Of a stretch of 64,000 nt of DNA, positions 37,012-46,554 are shown one piece after another; position 1 is the first letter of the stretch, and every line of letters starts with the position of its first letter. Origin of the DNA: Phycisphaerae bacterium (lineage in GTDB: Bacteria > Planctomycetota > Phycisphaerae > UBA1845 > PWPN01). Both the position numbers and the translations under genes were made by a program. Below the pieces are notes generated by a model. The model searched no databases and was not told the origin of the DNA. It was given only the letters and a program-made list of their open reading frames with translations. Location: positions 31,159 through 95,158 of the forward strand of contig DAOOIV010000003.1 in NCBI GenBank assembly GCA_035384605.1, given 5' to 3'.

Positions 37012-40011
37012 CTACTCATCGTCGCAGGCCTTGGCTGCCGGAACACCCGCGCCGCTCGCGCAGATCTCGAACGCGTCGAGGTCGGGCAAGTCGATGCTGC
37101 CGCTCCCGTCGTGGTCGAGGCATCCGCAGCCACGAGGAATGCCGCCTCCTGTTCCCGTGAAACAGGCCTGGAGTTGGGCAAAGTCCGCCTGATCCACGTC
37201 GCCGTCCCCGTCAGCATCGGCAAATGGGTTGGGGCAGTCCGTCGCCAGCGGGCAGCCGACGCAGGCTTTGACGCTATCGATCCAGCCCTGCCCGTTGCCG
37301 TCGACGATGTTGTGGAACGCTGCGAAGAGGAAAGCACCGTTGTCGAACTCGTTGGTGATGGCCGCGCCGGCCAAGCCGGCTCCCAGCGTGTTGGCATCCC
37401 AGCCACCGAGGACCTTGCCCGAGACGTCGTCAATGGTGAGGCCCGGACGCGAGGTCCCCGTGGGCCAGACGCTGTAGACCGCGCCGGCGTTCTGGGGAAA
37501 GCCGACCTTCCAGCCGTCCTGGTCGAGTTCGATCGTGACCACCAGCGGCTTGGCAGGGGTGATCGAATGCACGTTCGTCAATTCGAAGACCACGGGCGTT
37601 TCGAGGCCGTTGGCCCCCTCGTCACTGCGGGCCTCCGGGTGGTTGGAGTTTACCACGCGGATGCTGCCCTTCACGGTGATGTTCTCGGTAGGCGAATCGA
37701 CGTATCCGCTGTAGAACAGGTTTACGTAGAGGCCGCCTTTCGTGTTCCGGTAAAGCTCGTTCCATTGATTATTCTCTGCGTTTGCGGAGATGACACCGAG
37801 TTCGTGGAAGCATTCCGCGCCGTCAGAGTTCGGCGCGCCGCTGGCACCGCCGGCGGCCGTAAGCTGAACGTAGTTGATCACCCACTCGATACGGATGCCA
37901 TCCTCGTTCATGAAGGGAAATTCACCCGCGGACTTGGAGGCGATTCCCGTCCATGCGTACCAGCCCGAGTTGTTAAGAATCTTCAGGGAACTGTCCGACT
38001 CCGATGGAGCTCCTTTGGCCTGGTATGGTACATACCAGCCGCCGCCGACGCCGTTCACGTTCGTTCCAACGGCGTTGTCATCGAAATGGTCGTTGACGTA
38101 CATGCCGCCCACAATGACCAGGCTCGACTGGATCTGGATGCTGTCGCCGGCCAGCCAGCCGGACGCGGCATTCGGCGTGGCGGTTAACATTGTTGTGCCG
38201 TAGCCTCCGCTCACCGGACTTACCCTCAGCACTGCACTGGTGGTGCCGTCAGGAATGGGATACGCCACGCCCGGCGTGAGCGTCAGGCTCAGCGCCGGCA
38301 CCGTCACCGTGATGATCGCCGGATTGTAGGAGAACGTGAGCTCGAGCCCGCTGGAACTCTGGCCCGAAGGGGCCGACAGGGTGACGTCCACCGGAGTCAG
38401 GTTCGTGGGGTCAAGGAATTCGATCTCATGAATGTCGAAGGTCATGGCGACCGAGGAATAGTGGGCGGCGATCCGCTCGGGCGACAGGGCCGCGTCGTAG
38501 ACAGCCACTTCGTCGATCTTGCCCGGGAAGCCCCAGTCACCCTGCGGGTCAATGGCGCCGATCTGGAAGTTGCCCAGGAAACCATCGGGCGGCAGCAGTT
38601 GGAAGTCAGCCTGGTTGATGACCTGCAGACCGTTGACGTAATAATCCAACTTGCCGGCATTGAACACCGCTACCACATGGAACCAGTGTTCGTCCTCGGG
38701 CAACCCGCCGGGAATGGGCCCGTTCACGTACCATTCCGGGACGTTCTCGACGCCTATGGTCGCATCGCTGGTTCGCATTTCGAGGGCATAATAGGGATGC
38801 CAGTAATCGTCGGCGCACGACGCGATACCGGGTCGGTAGTTGCCGAACGGCCAACTGAAGTTGTCGCTCCGATACTTGATGCCCGGCGCCGGGGCGACCC
38901 AGGCCTCCACTGTGCCCGTGCCATCGGCGAACGTGAAGTCCTCGACAGCACCCATACTCACCATGCCGCCGCTGCTGCCGCTGTTGTCGAAAGCCAGGGC
39001 CTGTCCGCCGCCGAAACCCGAGGTCCAGCGCAGCTTGGCGGGCTCGACCAGCGTGCCATGGCGACCGTTACCCGAGTTGTCCGTCACGGAGATGGTGTCG
39101 CCTTCGAAGCTGTAGTAGCCTATCGGAGCATCAGCCATGACTTGGGCCCCGTAGGCCGCCCGGCTGGGCAGCGGCGTTGTGGGCGGGGCCACCCCGACCG
39201 CCGCCAGGTAATGCTGGGCAATGGCAGAGTCGCTCAACCAGGTCGAGTAGACGGCTACTTCGTCGATCAGGCCGATGAAAGCACTGCCGCCGTTCGGGTC
39301 GGCTGCACCGATCTGGAACGGCGCGTCGGTTTTCGCACCGAGGTATCCCCAGAAGTCGCCCAGCAAGATGCCGTTGACGAAGACCCGGGTCGTGGGATAG
39401 TTCGTGTTGTTCTGGTAGTTAGGGGTAAACACGAACGCAACGTGATACCACTGGTCCGGCCGGAAGTTCCAGTACTCCGGGTGATAGCCCATAATCCCCC
39501 CGAAAACGCCCCAGCCGAGTCTGGTCTTTTCGAGGTGCATACTCCAGCGGGTATAAGGGTTGGGATCATTGCCCGGCGTGACCTCGCGCACGGACGCCAG
39601 CGCCGGATTGTAGCTCGGCGGCGTCAACGGATCCCAGCTCGGGCGAACCCACATCTCCACCGTGCCGGGCGTGGCCAACTCCGCTGACTGACCACCGAAG
39701 GCGAATTCCGCAACCGCGCCGAAGTTGACCCAGCCCGCCCCCGTAAGCGACAATGCTTTGCCGGCTCCGCCGAAGCCCTCACCGGTCGGGGTGAAGGTCG
39801 CCGTCCCTTGCAGCGCGCCGGTGGGGTTGGGTAAGGCCGTCGTGCAAGTATCCGCTGCGGCGGTTCCCGAGTCCGCGTCGAAGGTGAAGTAGCTGATCAA
39901 GCTCGGCTCGGCATGGACCGCGTCCTGATACTCGCTCAAGCCGGCGAAGGCCGGCGGCAATCCCAGAATGGCAATGAGTGTCACCGCTGCAAGCAGATTC
40001 CTGCAAATCAT
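37012..40011 (-). CDS. large secreted multi-LamG (concanavalin-A-like) protein with C-terminal dockerin-like Ca-binding repeats
   Basis: GGAGGG 7 nt upstream of ATG 40011. Signal peptide. Repeated IDEVAVY-type LamG_3 strand motifs. C-terminal DADGDGDVDQADFAQLQACFTG and DHDGSGSIDLPDLDAFEICASG. Confidence 0.85.
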   Translation of the reverse strand: MICRNLLAAVTLIAILGLPPAFAGLSEYQDAVHAEPSLISYFTFDADSGTAAADTCTTALPNPTGALQGTATFTPTGEGFGGAGKALSLTGAGWVNFGAVAEFAFGGQSAELATPGTVEMWVRPSWDPLTPPSYNPALASVREVTPGNDPNPYTRWSMHLEKTRLGWGVFGGIMGYHPEYWNFRPDQWYHVAFVFTPNYQNNTNYPTTRVFVNGILLGDFWGYLGAKTDAPFQIGAADPNGGSAFIGLIDEVAVYSTWLSDSAIAQHYLAAVGVAPPTTPLPSRAAYGAQVMADAPIGYYSFEGDTISVTDNSGNGRHGTLVEPAKLRWTSGFGGGQALAFDNSGSSGGMVSMGAVEDFTFADGTGTVEAWVAPAPGIKYRSDNFSWPFGNYRPGIASCADDYWHPYYALEMRTSDATIGVENVPEWYVNGPIPGGLPEDEHWFHVVAVFNAGKLDYYVNGLQVINQADFQLLPPDGFLGNFQIGAIDPQGDWGFPGKIDEVAVYDAALSPERIAAHYSSVAMTFDIHEIEFLDPTNLTPVDVTLSAPSGQSSSGLELTFSYNPAIITVTVPALSLTLTPGVAYPIPDGTTSAVLRVSPVSGGYGTTMLTATPNAASGWLAGDSIQIQSSLVIVGGMYVNDHFDDNAVGTNVNGVGGGWYVPYQAKGAPSESDSSLKILNNSGWYAWTGIASKSAGEFPFMNEDGIRIEWVINYVQLTAAGGASGAPNSDGAECFHELGVISANAENNQWNELYRNTKGGLYVNLFYSGYVDSPTENITVKGSIRVVNSNHPEARSDEGANGLETPVVFELTNVHSITPAKPLVVTIELDQDGWKVGFPQNAGAVYSVWPTGTSRPGLTIDDVSGKVLGGWDANTLGAGLAGAAITNEFDNGAFLFAAFHNIVDGNGQGWIDSVKACVGCPLATDCPNPFADADGDGDVDQADFAQLQACFTGTGGGIPRGCGCLDHDGSGSIDLPDLDAFEICASGAGVPAAKACDDE

Positions 40012-40310
40012 CACAGACCCTCCATACAAAGGGAAGCGGGAGGAGAAACCGCTTCGTACACAACTGCTCGGTTCTTGTTATCGATCAAAACCCGCGACAC
40101 CGAGAGATGGAGCGAATTCGGCCTTGCCACCGGCCGGCCACCGTGATTCTCGCGCGGTTTTCGGACGCCCCTCTCCCGTTCCCTCCATAAGTAAACCGGG
40201 AATGCGGATCTTCTATCCCGTACTCTAACAAGCATCCGTCGAAAGCAACATACCCGTTTGCGACAGTCCATTGCCTTTTTGCGTCATCGCGTTCAGCGGG
40301 AGGCGCATGA

Positions 40311-41480
40311 CTACTCGCGGTGGTTCGACCTATTGGCGGCCGTGCGCCGGAAGAGTGACGGCTGATATCCTGTCACCTGTTTGAAGAGCACCGTCAGGCG
40401 CGCAGCGCTCCCGATACCGCACTGCTGGGCAATGACCGATAGCTTCAGGTCCGTTTCGGCGAGGAGATGCTTGGCTTTTTCGATTCTCATCCTCCGGATC
40501 TTCTCCAGGATGGAATCGCCGACTGCGGCCCGGAACCGCCGTTCCAGCGTCCGACGGCAGGTTCCGATTGCCTCGACGACCCCGTCCACGCTGATGTCCT
40601 CCGAGAGGTGGTCGCGGATCCAGATGAGCGCGGCGGCCACGTCGGGGTCTTCCACCGCTGTGGTTTCGGTGGATTGGCGGGCAACCACGTGGGTCGGTGG
40701 AATGCTCAGGCGCAATTGCCTGGGAGATTCGCCCGAGAGCAGCCGGTCCAGCAGTCTCGCCGCTTCATATCCGATCTGCACTCCGGGATTGTGTACGCTG
40801 GACAACGGCGGATGACACAGCCGGCATTCGAATTCGTCGTCGTCAACCCCCACGACCGCGACTTCATCCGGGACCCGAAGGCCCAGTTGATGGCACGTGT
40901 CCACCAAGTCCCGGCCGGGCTTGTCGTGGGATGCCAGAACCCCAACAGGCTTGGGCAGCCTGAGCAGCCAGCTTTGGACCGACCGGCTGAGTCCTTGCCA
41001 GCTTGCGTCCAGAACCGGAACAGGTCGGTACTCCGCGTGACACACGAAGGGCGTGAACCCTGCCTGGGCCAGACGTTTGCTGAAGCCCGCAGCCCGCCCC
41101 ATGGAACATCCTCCGTCGGCGCTTCCCAGAAAACCGAAGTTTCGGAATCCGCGGTCGAGAAGGTGTTCGGCTGCCAAACGTCCAACTTCGAGGTGATCCA
41201 CGTCCACCAGCGGGCCTTTCCAGGTGGTGATCATACTCGATGTGTTCACGACCGGCACATGGCAGCAGGCCAGCCTCCGCGCAACGTCCTCGTCGAACAC
41301 GCTACAGATCACACCGTCGGGCTTCCACATCCGCATGGGGCGGAGGGCTCGAATGTCTGCACGGGCGTCATGAAAAACCCAACCTCGGGTGATGGCGTAG
41401 TCGTGGACCCCCTGCAAAACCCGACGGCAAAAACCGATGTCCTGGCCGATCAACAGTGCAACTCGACGAGCTCGGGTCAT
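40311..41480 (-). CDS. XylR-like regulator: periplasmic-binding-protein-type sugar sensor domain plus AraC-family HTH
   Basis: N-terminal RVALLIGQDIGFCRRVLQGVHDY (LacI/PBP-like). C-terminal AraC-type HTH (SVIAQQCGIGSAARLTVLFKQVTGYQPSLFRR). Confidence 0.8.
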   Translation of the reverse strand: MTRARRVALLIGQDIGFCRRVLQGVHDYAITRGWVFHDARADIRALRPMRMWKPDGVICSVFDEDVARRLACCHVPVVNTSSMITTWKGPLVDVDHLEVGRLAAEHLLDRGFRNFGFLGSADGGCSMGRAAGFSKRLAQAGFTPFVCHAEYRPVPVLDASWQGLSRSVQSWLLRLPKPVGVLASHDKPGRDLVDTCHQLGLRVPDEVAVVGVDDDEFECRLCHPPLSSVHNPGVQIGYEAARLLDRLLSGESPRQLRLSIPPTHVVARQSTETTAVEDPDVAAALIWIRDHLSEDISVDGVVEAIGTCRRTLERRFRAAVGDSILEKIRRMRIEKAKHLLAETDLKLSVIAQQCGIGSAARLTVLFKQVTGYQPSLFRRTAANRSNHRE

Positions 41481-42103
41481 GAATGGATTCCCCAGACACT
41501 CCATTCCGGCACGTATCGCAGAAGACAGCAGCAGAGACAACCGAATTCACCTGACGCGAATGGAGGTGCTACTATACTGTATCCGCCATTATCGGTCTCG
41601 CCCAGGATCATGTCCAGCGCGGAATCGTCAAGTTCCTCCAAATTCCTTGACAAGCCGGAGTAGTTATCAGCTCCGTGGTGCAAATGCGCAACCAAGGCGA
41701 CTTCACATACGGCTTGAATGGATTCCGCGATCGTCGTCCAAGGCTGTCACCAGCAGTGTCAGAAGGTATCAGCCCTGATTCACCGCACACCCAAAACGAG
41801 GCAATGCAGGAACACGGTGAGCCTGTGGCAAAACCGGCGGGAGACTTCCAGCGCGGATTCTCGGTTGAGAGAGGTGTGAAAATGCCAAGAAGTCCGCCGT
41901 AAGCCTGCCCTCGATGCTGCATGGCAGAGGTCCGGCGCAAACCGACAAGGCTTTTGCGCAAAATGATATTCACGAGCCGCCGATACTACCGCTATCATGC
42001 GGTACAGGCAGCAGGCATGAGGCAGCGATCGCCTTGGGTGCTGCCGCGAGGGCAGCGAGGGATCGTTTGCTGCATGCCAACGCAGTTTCGGAGATCTCAA
42101 AGG

Positions 42104-42940
42104 ATGCCGTGTCCAAGAACGATGTCGGTGGACAGCTTGGTTGTACGGCGAGGGGCAAGGCCGGCTCGCCGGGGCGGGAACCCGGTTCGGCAGCCGGGTT
42201 TCACGCTGATCGAAGTGCTCGTGGTGGTCTCGATCATCGCGTTGCTGATAGCGATCCTGCTCCCGTCGCTGTCCAAAGCTCGCGAACAGTCGAGACGGGT
42301 GGTCTGCCAGAATAATCTGAGGCAACTCCAGCATGCCATTGTTTTCTACCTTTCGGACCACAAGGGCATATTCCCTCCGCACCGCACCAAGGTCCAGGCA
42401 GGCACAAAGGGCCGGGACGACCTCGGAGAGTGGGCGTGGTTTCAGCAGTTGGAGCGATACACGAAGTCTCCGGAGATACCTCACTGTCCGACGCTGGCAA
42501 ACCACACGCAAGAAGACTCGGGTATTGTCTGGTCATGGGCCTACAACCGGCTGGACATCGGATACGGTTACAACGCGTGGTTCCTTGGGCTTTGGAATCA
42601 TGCGACCAATGGCGGCTATGAAGAATATGCCGGCCTTCGGAGTCATCCGTGGTTTTCGGAGAGTCGCGTCAAAAGCCCGTCTCTCAATATTCTGCTCGCG
42701 GATGCCAATCCGAAGAATGACAGGTTGTTCGGTGGGCAGTTGTGGTGGCCTTTCGTCGACGGCGACACCGGCGGGACGGGCGAGGGTGTCAACGTCAGGA
42801 GACATCAGAAAGGCGGCAACATCGTTTTCAACGACGGCCACACGGAGTATCGCAGGGCGGGCACCATCAACCCGCCGGCAGGTTCGCCGAACAAATTCCT
42901 GCAGTATTGGGACCCGCTTCTACGACGCGCGAAACAGTGA
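42104..42940 (+). CDS. prepilin-type N-terminal cleavage/methylation domain protein, DUF1559 family
   Basis: [41 protein letters not shown], and a C-terminal H-x9-DG-like NIVFNDGHTEY. Start uncertain (ORF opens at 41921). Confidence 0.85.
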   Translation: MPCPRTMSVDSLVVRRGARPARRGGNPVRQPGFTLIEVLVVVSIIALLIAILLPSLSKAREQSRRVVCQNNLRQLQHAIVFYLSDHKGIFPPHRTKVQAGTKGRDDLGEWAWFQQLERYTKSPEIPHCPTLANHTQEDSGIVWSWAYNRLDIGYGYNAWFLGLWNHATNGGYEEYAGLRSHPWFSESRVKSPSLNILLADANPKNDRLFGGQLWWPFVDGDTGGTGEGVNVRRHQKGGNIVFNDGHTEYRRAGTINPPAGSPNKFLQYWDPLLRRAKQ

Positions 42941-43188
42941 TAGTGTCACGGAGTCCCGGCTTGACAGGTGAAATGCTCAGGATGAGGTGACCTATCCGCA
43001 GAGGGGAGGTGCAAAGAAACTCGCGGGGGCACAAAGTCCGCTAAACCATCGCGGCTGGGGTTCAGGTTGCCTCGCGGGACAACGCCGGAATACAATGGGA
43101 AATGTGAGGATTGGCGAGAGCGGTCGGCCGTCGTCGGCCGGCAGGTCTTACGCTTGGATTAGAGAACACAATGAATGGAGGAGAAAAC

Positions 43189-44022
43189 GTGAAAAATTCT
43201 ATCTGGTTTGTTTCAGTTCTGGCAGTGCTTGTGGCGGCGGGTGCCGCCAATGCCGTGCCCAACGTCCCGCCGGGCGTTACCGGTCTGTGGCGGTTCGAAG
43301 CCAGGGACCCGGTCACACAGCGGGCGACAATGAAAGCGACCATTGGCGTCGACATGACGAGCAGCCACCCCGACAACAGCGCATGGATGGTAGGTCCTTG
43401 GACCGTTATTGAGCCCGGGCTCAGCGACAACGGCATCGCTCAGGAGCGCAGTTGGGACTACCTTACGGTCAACCCCAGCTTCACCCCCAACGGCGGCGGC
43501 AGCTATGTGAATGAGTACACCGTTGCCATTGATTACGTGCAGACCAGCGGCCTCACCGGCTGGAACAGCTTGTTCCAGACCTCATGGGGCGGCAACGATA
43601 GTGACGGCGACCTGTTTACCGACGGCGCCGGTCACATCGGTATCGGTGCAGCCGGCTACTCGACACTGACTTATGATGCGTCGAAATGGCACAGGATCGT
43701 GTGGTCCATCGACAACGGCAGCTTCTTCCGGGTCTATGTTGACGGCGTCCTCTTCCTCGACGGCACACCCCAGCCGATCGATGGCAGGTTCTCTCTGTAT
43801 CCCGACAGGTTCCATCTCTTCGCGGACGACAGTTGGGAAGATGGTTGGGGCCTCGTGGGTACAGTGGCGGTGTGGAATCGCGCTCTGACCAGCGCCGAAG
43901 TTGCTGGAATGGGCGGATGGATCGACGGTGCCGATATGCCGACGCCGCTGGAGATTCCGGAACCGGCCACGCTGGGTTTGCTGCTGGGCGGCCTTCCGCT
44001 GCTGCGACGTCGTCGGGCATGA
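43189..44022 (+). CDS. LamG-like secreted protein with PEP-CTERM sorting signal
   Basis: GGAGGAG 5 nt upstream of GTG 43189. Signal peptide. C-terminus IPEPATLGLLLGGLPLLRRRRA (PEP, TM helix, basic tail). Confidence 0.85.
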   Translation: MKNSIWFVSVLAVLVAAGAANAVPNVPPGVTGLWRFEARDPVTQRATMKATIGVDMTSSHPDNSAWMVGPWTVIEPGLSDNGIAQERSWDYLTVNPSFTPNGGGSYVNEYTVAIDYVQTSGLTGWNSLFQTSWGGNDSDGDLFTDGAGHIGIGAAGYSTLTYDASKWHRIVWSIDNGSFFRVYVDGVLFLDGTPQPIDGRFSLYPDRFHLFADDSWEDGWGLVGTVAVWNRALTSAEVAGMGGWIDGADMPTPLEIPEPATLGLLLGGLPLLRRRRA

Positions 44023-44181
44023 AGCTGACATCGCCGCACCTTCTGTTCAGGTTCGACCGGCTTGGAGCGGCGCCTGGATCAGGAAAAGGTTAGTCTGTTC
44101 GTGCCGGGCGGGAGCGTTCGGCTGCCGCCCGGCACTTTGTTTGCGCGAAGTGCCGGCGTCTCCGCGCGGAGAGTGTTCCTC

Positions 44182-46539
44182 GTGCAGCGTATTGGCCGCC
44201 TGACGATATCGATCTGGACTGCCTGCCTCTGTCTCATATGGTCGGCCGGACCCGTTGCCGCGCGGACCCTCGGCCAGTGGGACTTCGACGGGGGCGACCT
44301 CTCTGCCACAAGTGGCGTGGCGATGGAGTACTACGGCGGCACGACGGCCTCCAAGACCCAGTTCGGCACAACCGTCTCGTTCGGCATTCCCAATATCGCC
44401 GGCTCGGTTGCGTCGGTGATGAAGTTCCCCGCTTGCCTGCCCAGTGAAGGTTATGTCATGCACACCAACGCCCCCGGCAACGGCGGCGGCATCTACATCA
44501 ACCAATACTCGCTCGTGCTGGACCTGCTGTACCCGGCCGCCAGCACGAATGCCTGGCGGGCGATCCTCCAGACCTCACGCACCAACGGTAACGATGCCGA
44601 CTTCTTCGTGGGCAACGGCACGACGACCCCGAATGCAAACGGCATCGGAGTCGCCGGCCAATACCACGGCGCGATCCAGCCAAACACGTGGTATCGCGTG
44701 GCGGTCACGGTCGATCTCACCACGCTGACGATGGCCAAGTACATCAACGGCTCCCTCGTCGGGGTCCAGTCGCTCGCGGACTCGCTGGATGGCCGGTGGT
44801 CCCTCTACTCCACCAACACTGCCCCCGATTGGCTGCTCCTGTTCGCAGACAACGACAATGACACGAAGACCGGCTATGTGAACAGCATTCAGTTCCGCGA
44901 CTACGTCATGTCCGCCCCCGAGATCGCCGAGCTCGGCGGCCCCAGTGCTAATGGCATACCCCTTCCGGTGGCCCCGACGAACCTGCAACTGGTGAGCCCC
45001 AACGGCGGCGAGTACTGGCCGGCCGGCTCCACACAGGTCGTCTCCTGGACCGTGACGGACCCGAGCGGCGTCGTCAACGTCGAACTGTACGACGGGGCCT
45101 CGCTACGGGCCCCACTGGGACAGGCGCCCATGGTTGACGGTCGGTTCGACTGGTCCATCTCGCCGTACCTGGGTGATTCTGCAGATTATCGCGTGAAGCT
45201 TTCCGCAGCCGCGTTTCCCGCCGTCTCGGACGCCTCCGACGCACCCTTCGAAGTCTATGGATCCGCGCCCGAACCCACGGTCATCACCAAGTTGCCGATG
45301 CTGCAAGACGCACGCCCGGACGCGATGAATCTCATCTGGGAAACGAGCAGCTTCGGGAACCCCAATCGGGTCGATTTCGGCCTGAACGACGTGTCAGAGA
45401 ACACGATCGCCAACGTGTCGACTCAGCAGCTCGATGCCACCCACTTCGTACACGCGGCCACGATTCAGCCCCTGCAGATCGAGACGGTATACAAGTACCG
45501 CGTCCGCAGCGGGACTGCCACGTCACCGACGTTCACGCTGCGCACTGCCCCACGGCCCGGCACTCCCATCAGGATAGTCTGGTTCGCCGATGAGCAGGAC
45601 TACACGATCTTCCGGCAACAGGTTCCGCACATGGCCGCACGCAAGCCCGACCTCGTGCTGGCGGCCGGTGATCTGATGAACGACGGGGCAAGTATCGCCC
45701 AGTGGCAGGATTATTGGTTCGGCCCGCTGCAACTGGGCAATCTGGCCCAGACCACGCCCGTCCTGTTCTGCAGAGGCAATCACGACGGTGAAGGCGCTCT
45801 GGCCTACGCCTACAGCGCGCTTCCGGGCAACGAGGCCTGGTTCGCCTTCACATATGGAAGCAGCCGCTTCATCTTCCTCGATACGAACATTGAGACCGCC
45901 GAGCAGACTGCCTGGCTCGAAAATGAACTCGCCTCAACGGAGGCTCAACGAGCTTCATTCCGCGTGGTTAGCTTTCACAAGCCTCCCTACACCGACTTGT
46001 GGGACGGTCCCGGATACAACGGCGAGGCTTTCGTCCGGGAGAACTGGGTGCCGCTATTCGAACAGTATAAGGTCGACGTCGTCGTGAGCGGTCACACGCA
46101 CGCCTACCTGCGCGGCATGAACGACAATGTGATGTACGTAATCGTCGGCGGCGCCGGTAACGTCGTCGACACCTACACCGGCTATGTCTGGGGCTTCTTC
46201 ACGGTGAAACAGTCACTGCACCACTACGGCGTGATGGAGGTTGACGGCTATGCCCTGACCTGGAATGCCTACGACGTGAACGACGTGCTCTTTGATTCGT
46301 ACGGGCTCGCCAGCCAAACGCCGTTCTGCCCGGCCGACTTCGACGGTGACACGGACGTCGATGAAGACGACTTCGTCCTCTTCCGGCCGTGCTTGAGCGG
46401 GCCGCATGCCCCTCCCGCAGCGGACTGCTCGCAGGAAGACATCGACGCGGACGGCGACGTCGACCAGACGGACTACGGCCTGTTTCAGCGGTGTTACAGC
46501 GGAACGAACGAAGTTGCCGCCGCAAACTGCGCGCAGTGA
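44182..46539 (+). CDS. secreted LamG, Ig-like, metallophosphoesterase (purple-acid-phosphatase-like) protein with dockerin-like tail
   Basis: GTG 44182 after GGAGAG. Signal peptide. AAGDLMNDG, CRGNHDGEG and VSGHTHAY are phosphoesterase motifs. C-terminal DFDGDTDVDEDDFVLFRPCLSG and DIDADGDVDQTDYGLFQRCYSG. Confidence 0.85.
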   Translation: MQRIGRLTISIWTACLCLIWSAGPVAARTLGQWDFDGGDLSATSGVAMEYYGGTTASKTQFGTTVSFGIPNIAGSVASVMKFPACLPSEGYVMHTNAPGNGGGIYINQYSLVLDLLYPAASTNAWRAILQTSRTNGNDADFFVGNGTTTPNANGIGVAGQYHGAIQPNTWYRVAVTVDLTTLTMAKYINGSLVGVQSLADSLDGRWSLYSTNTAPDWLLLFADNDNDTKTGYVNSIQFRDYVMSAPEIAELGGPSANGIPLPVAPTNLQLVSPNGGEYWPAGSTQVVSWTVTDPSGVVNVELYDGASLRAPLGQAPMVDGRFDWSISPYLGDSADYRVKLSAAAFPAVSDASDAPFEVYGSAPEPTVITKLPMLQDARPDAMNLIWETSSFGNPNRVDFGLNDVSENTIANVSTQQLDATHFVHAATIQPLQIETVYKYRVRSGTATSPTFTLRTAPRPGTPIRIVWFADEQDYTIFRQQVPHMAARKPDLVLAAGDLMNDGASIAQWQDYWFGPLQLGNLAQTTPVLFCRGNHDGEGALAYAYSALPGNEAWFAFTYGSSRFIFLDTNIETAEQTAWLENELASTEAQRASFRVVSFHKPPYTDLWDGPGYNGEAFVRENWVPLFEQYKVDVVVSGHTHAYLRGMNDNVMYVIVGGAGNVVDTYTGYVWGFFTVKQSLHHYGVMEVDGYALTWNAYDVNDVLFDSYGLASQTPFCPADFDGDTDVDEDDFVLFRPCLSGPHAPPAADCSQEDIDADGDVDQTDYGLFQRCYSGTNEVAAANCAQ

Positions 46540-46554
46540 GCGGCGCGGTCACCG

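Noticed and set aside
36865-39687. Two long + strand ORFs (36865..38187 and 38428..39687) opposite the LamG gene
   Set aside because: These are antisense shadows of a clearly domain-bearing gene, with Arg/Gly/Val-rich composition. The same judgement applies to 16542..17762, 24067..25320, 40467..41663, 46678..48429, 48646..50019, 50314..51543, 56886..57809 and 62828..63862.
43067-43096. Sigma-70-like promoter TTGCCT-N18-TACAAT upstream of the PEP-CTERM LamG gene
   Set aside because: It is a single hexamer match, in a phylum whose promoter consensus I cannot assume. It is not reported as a feature.
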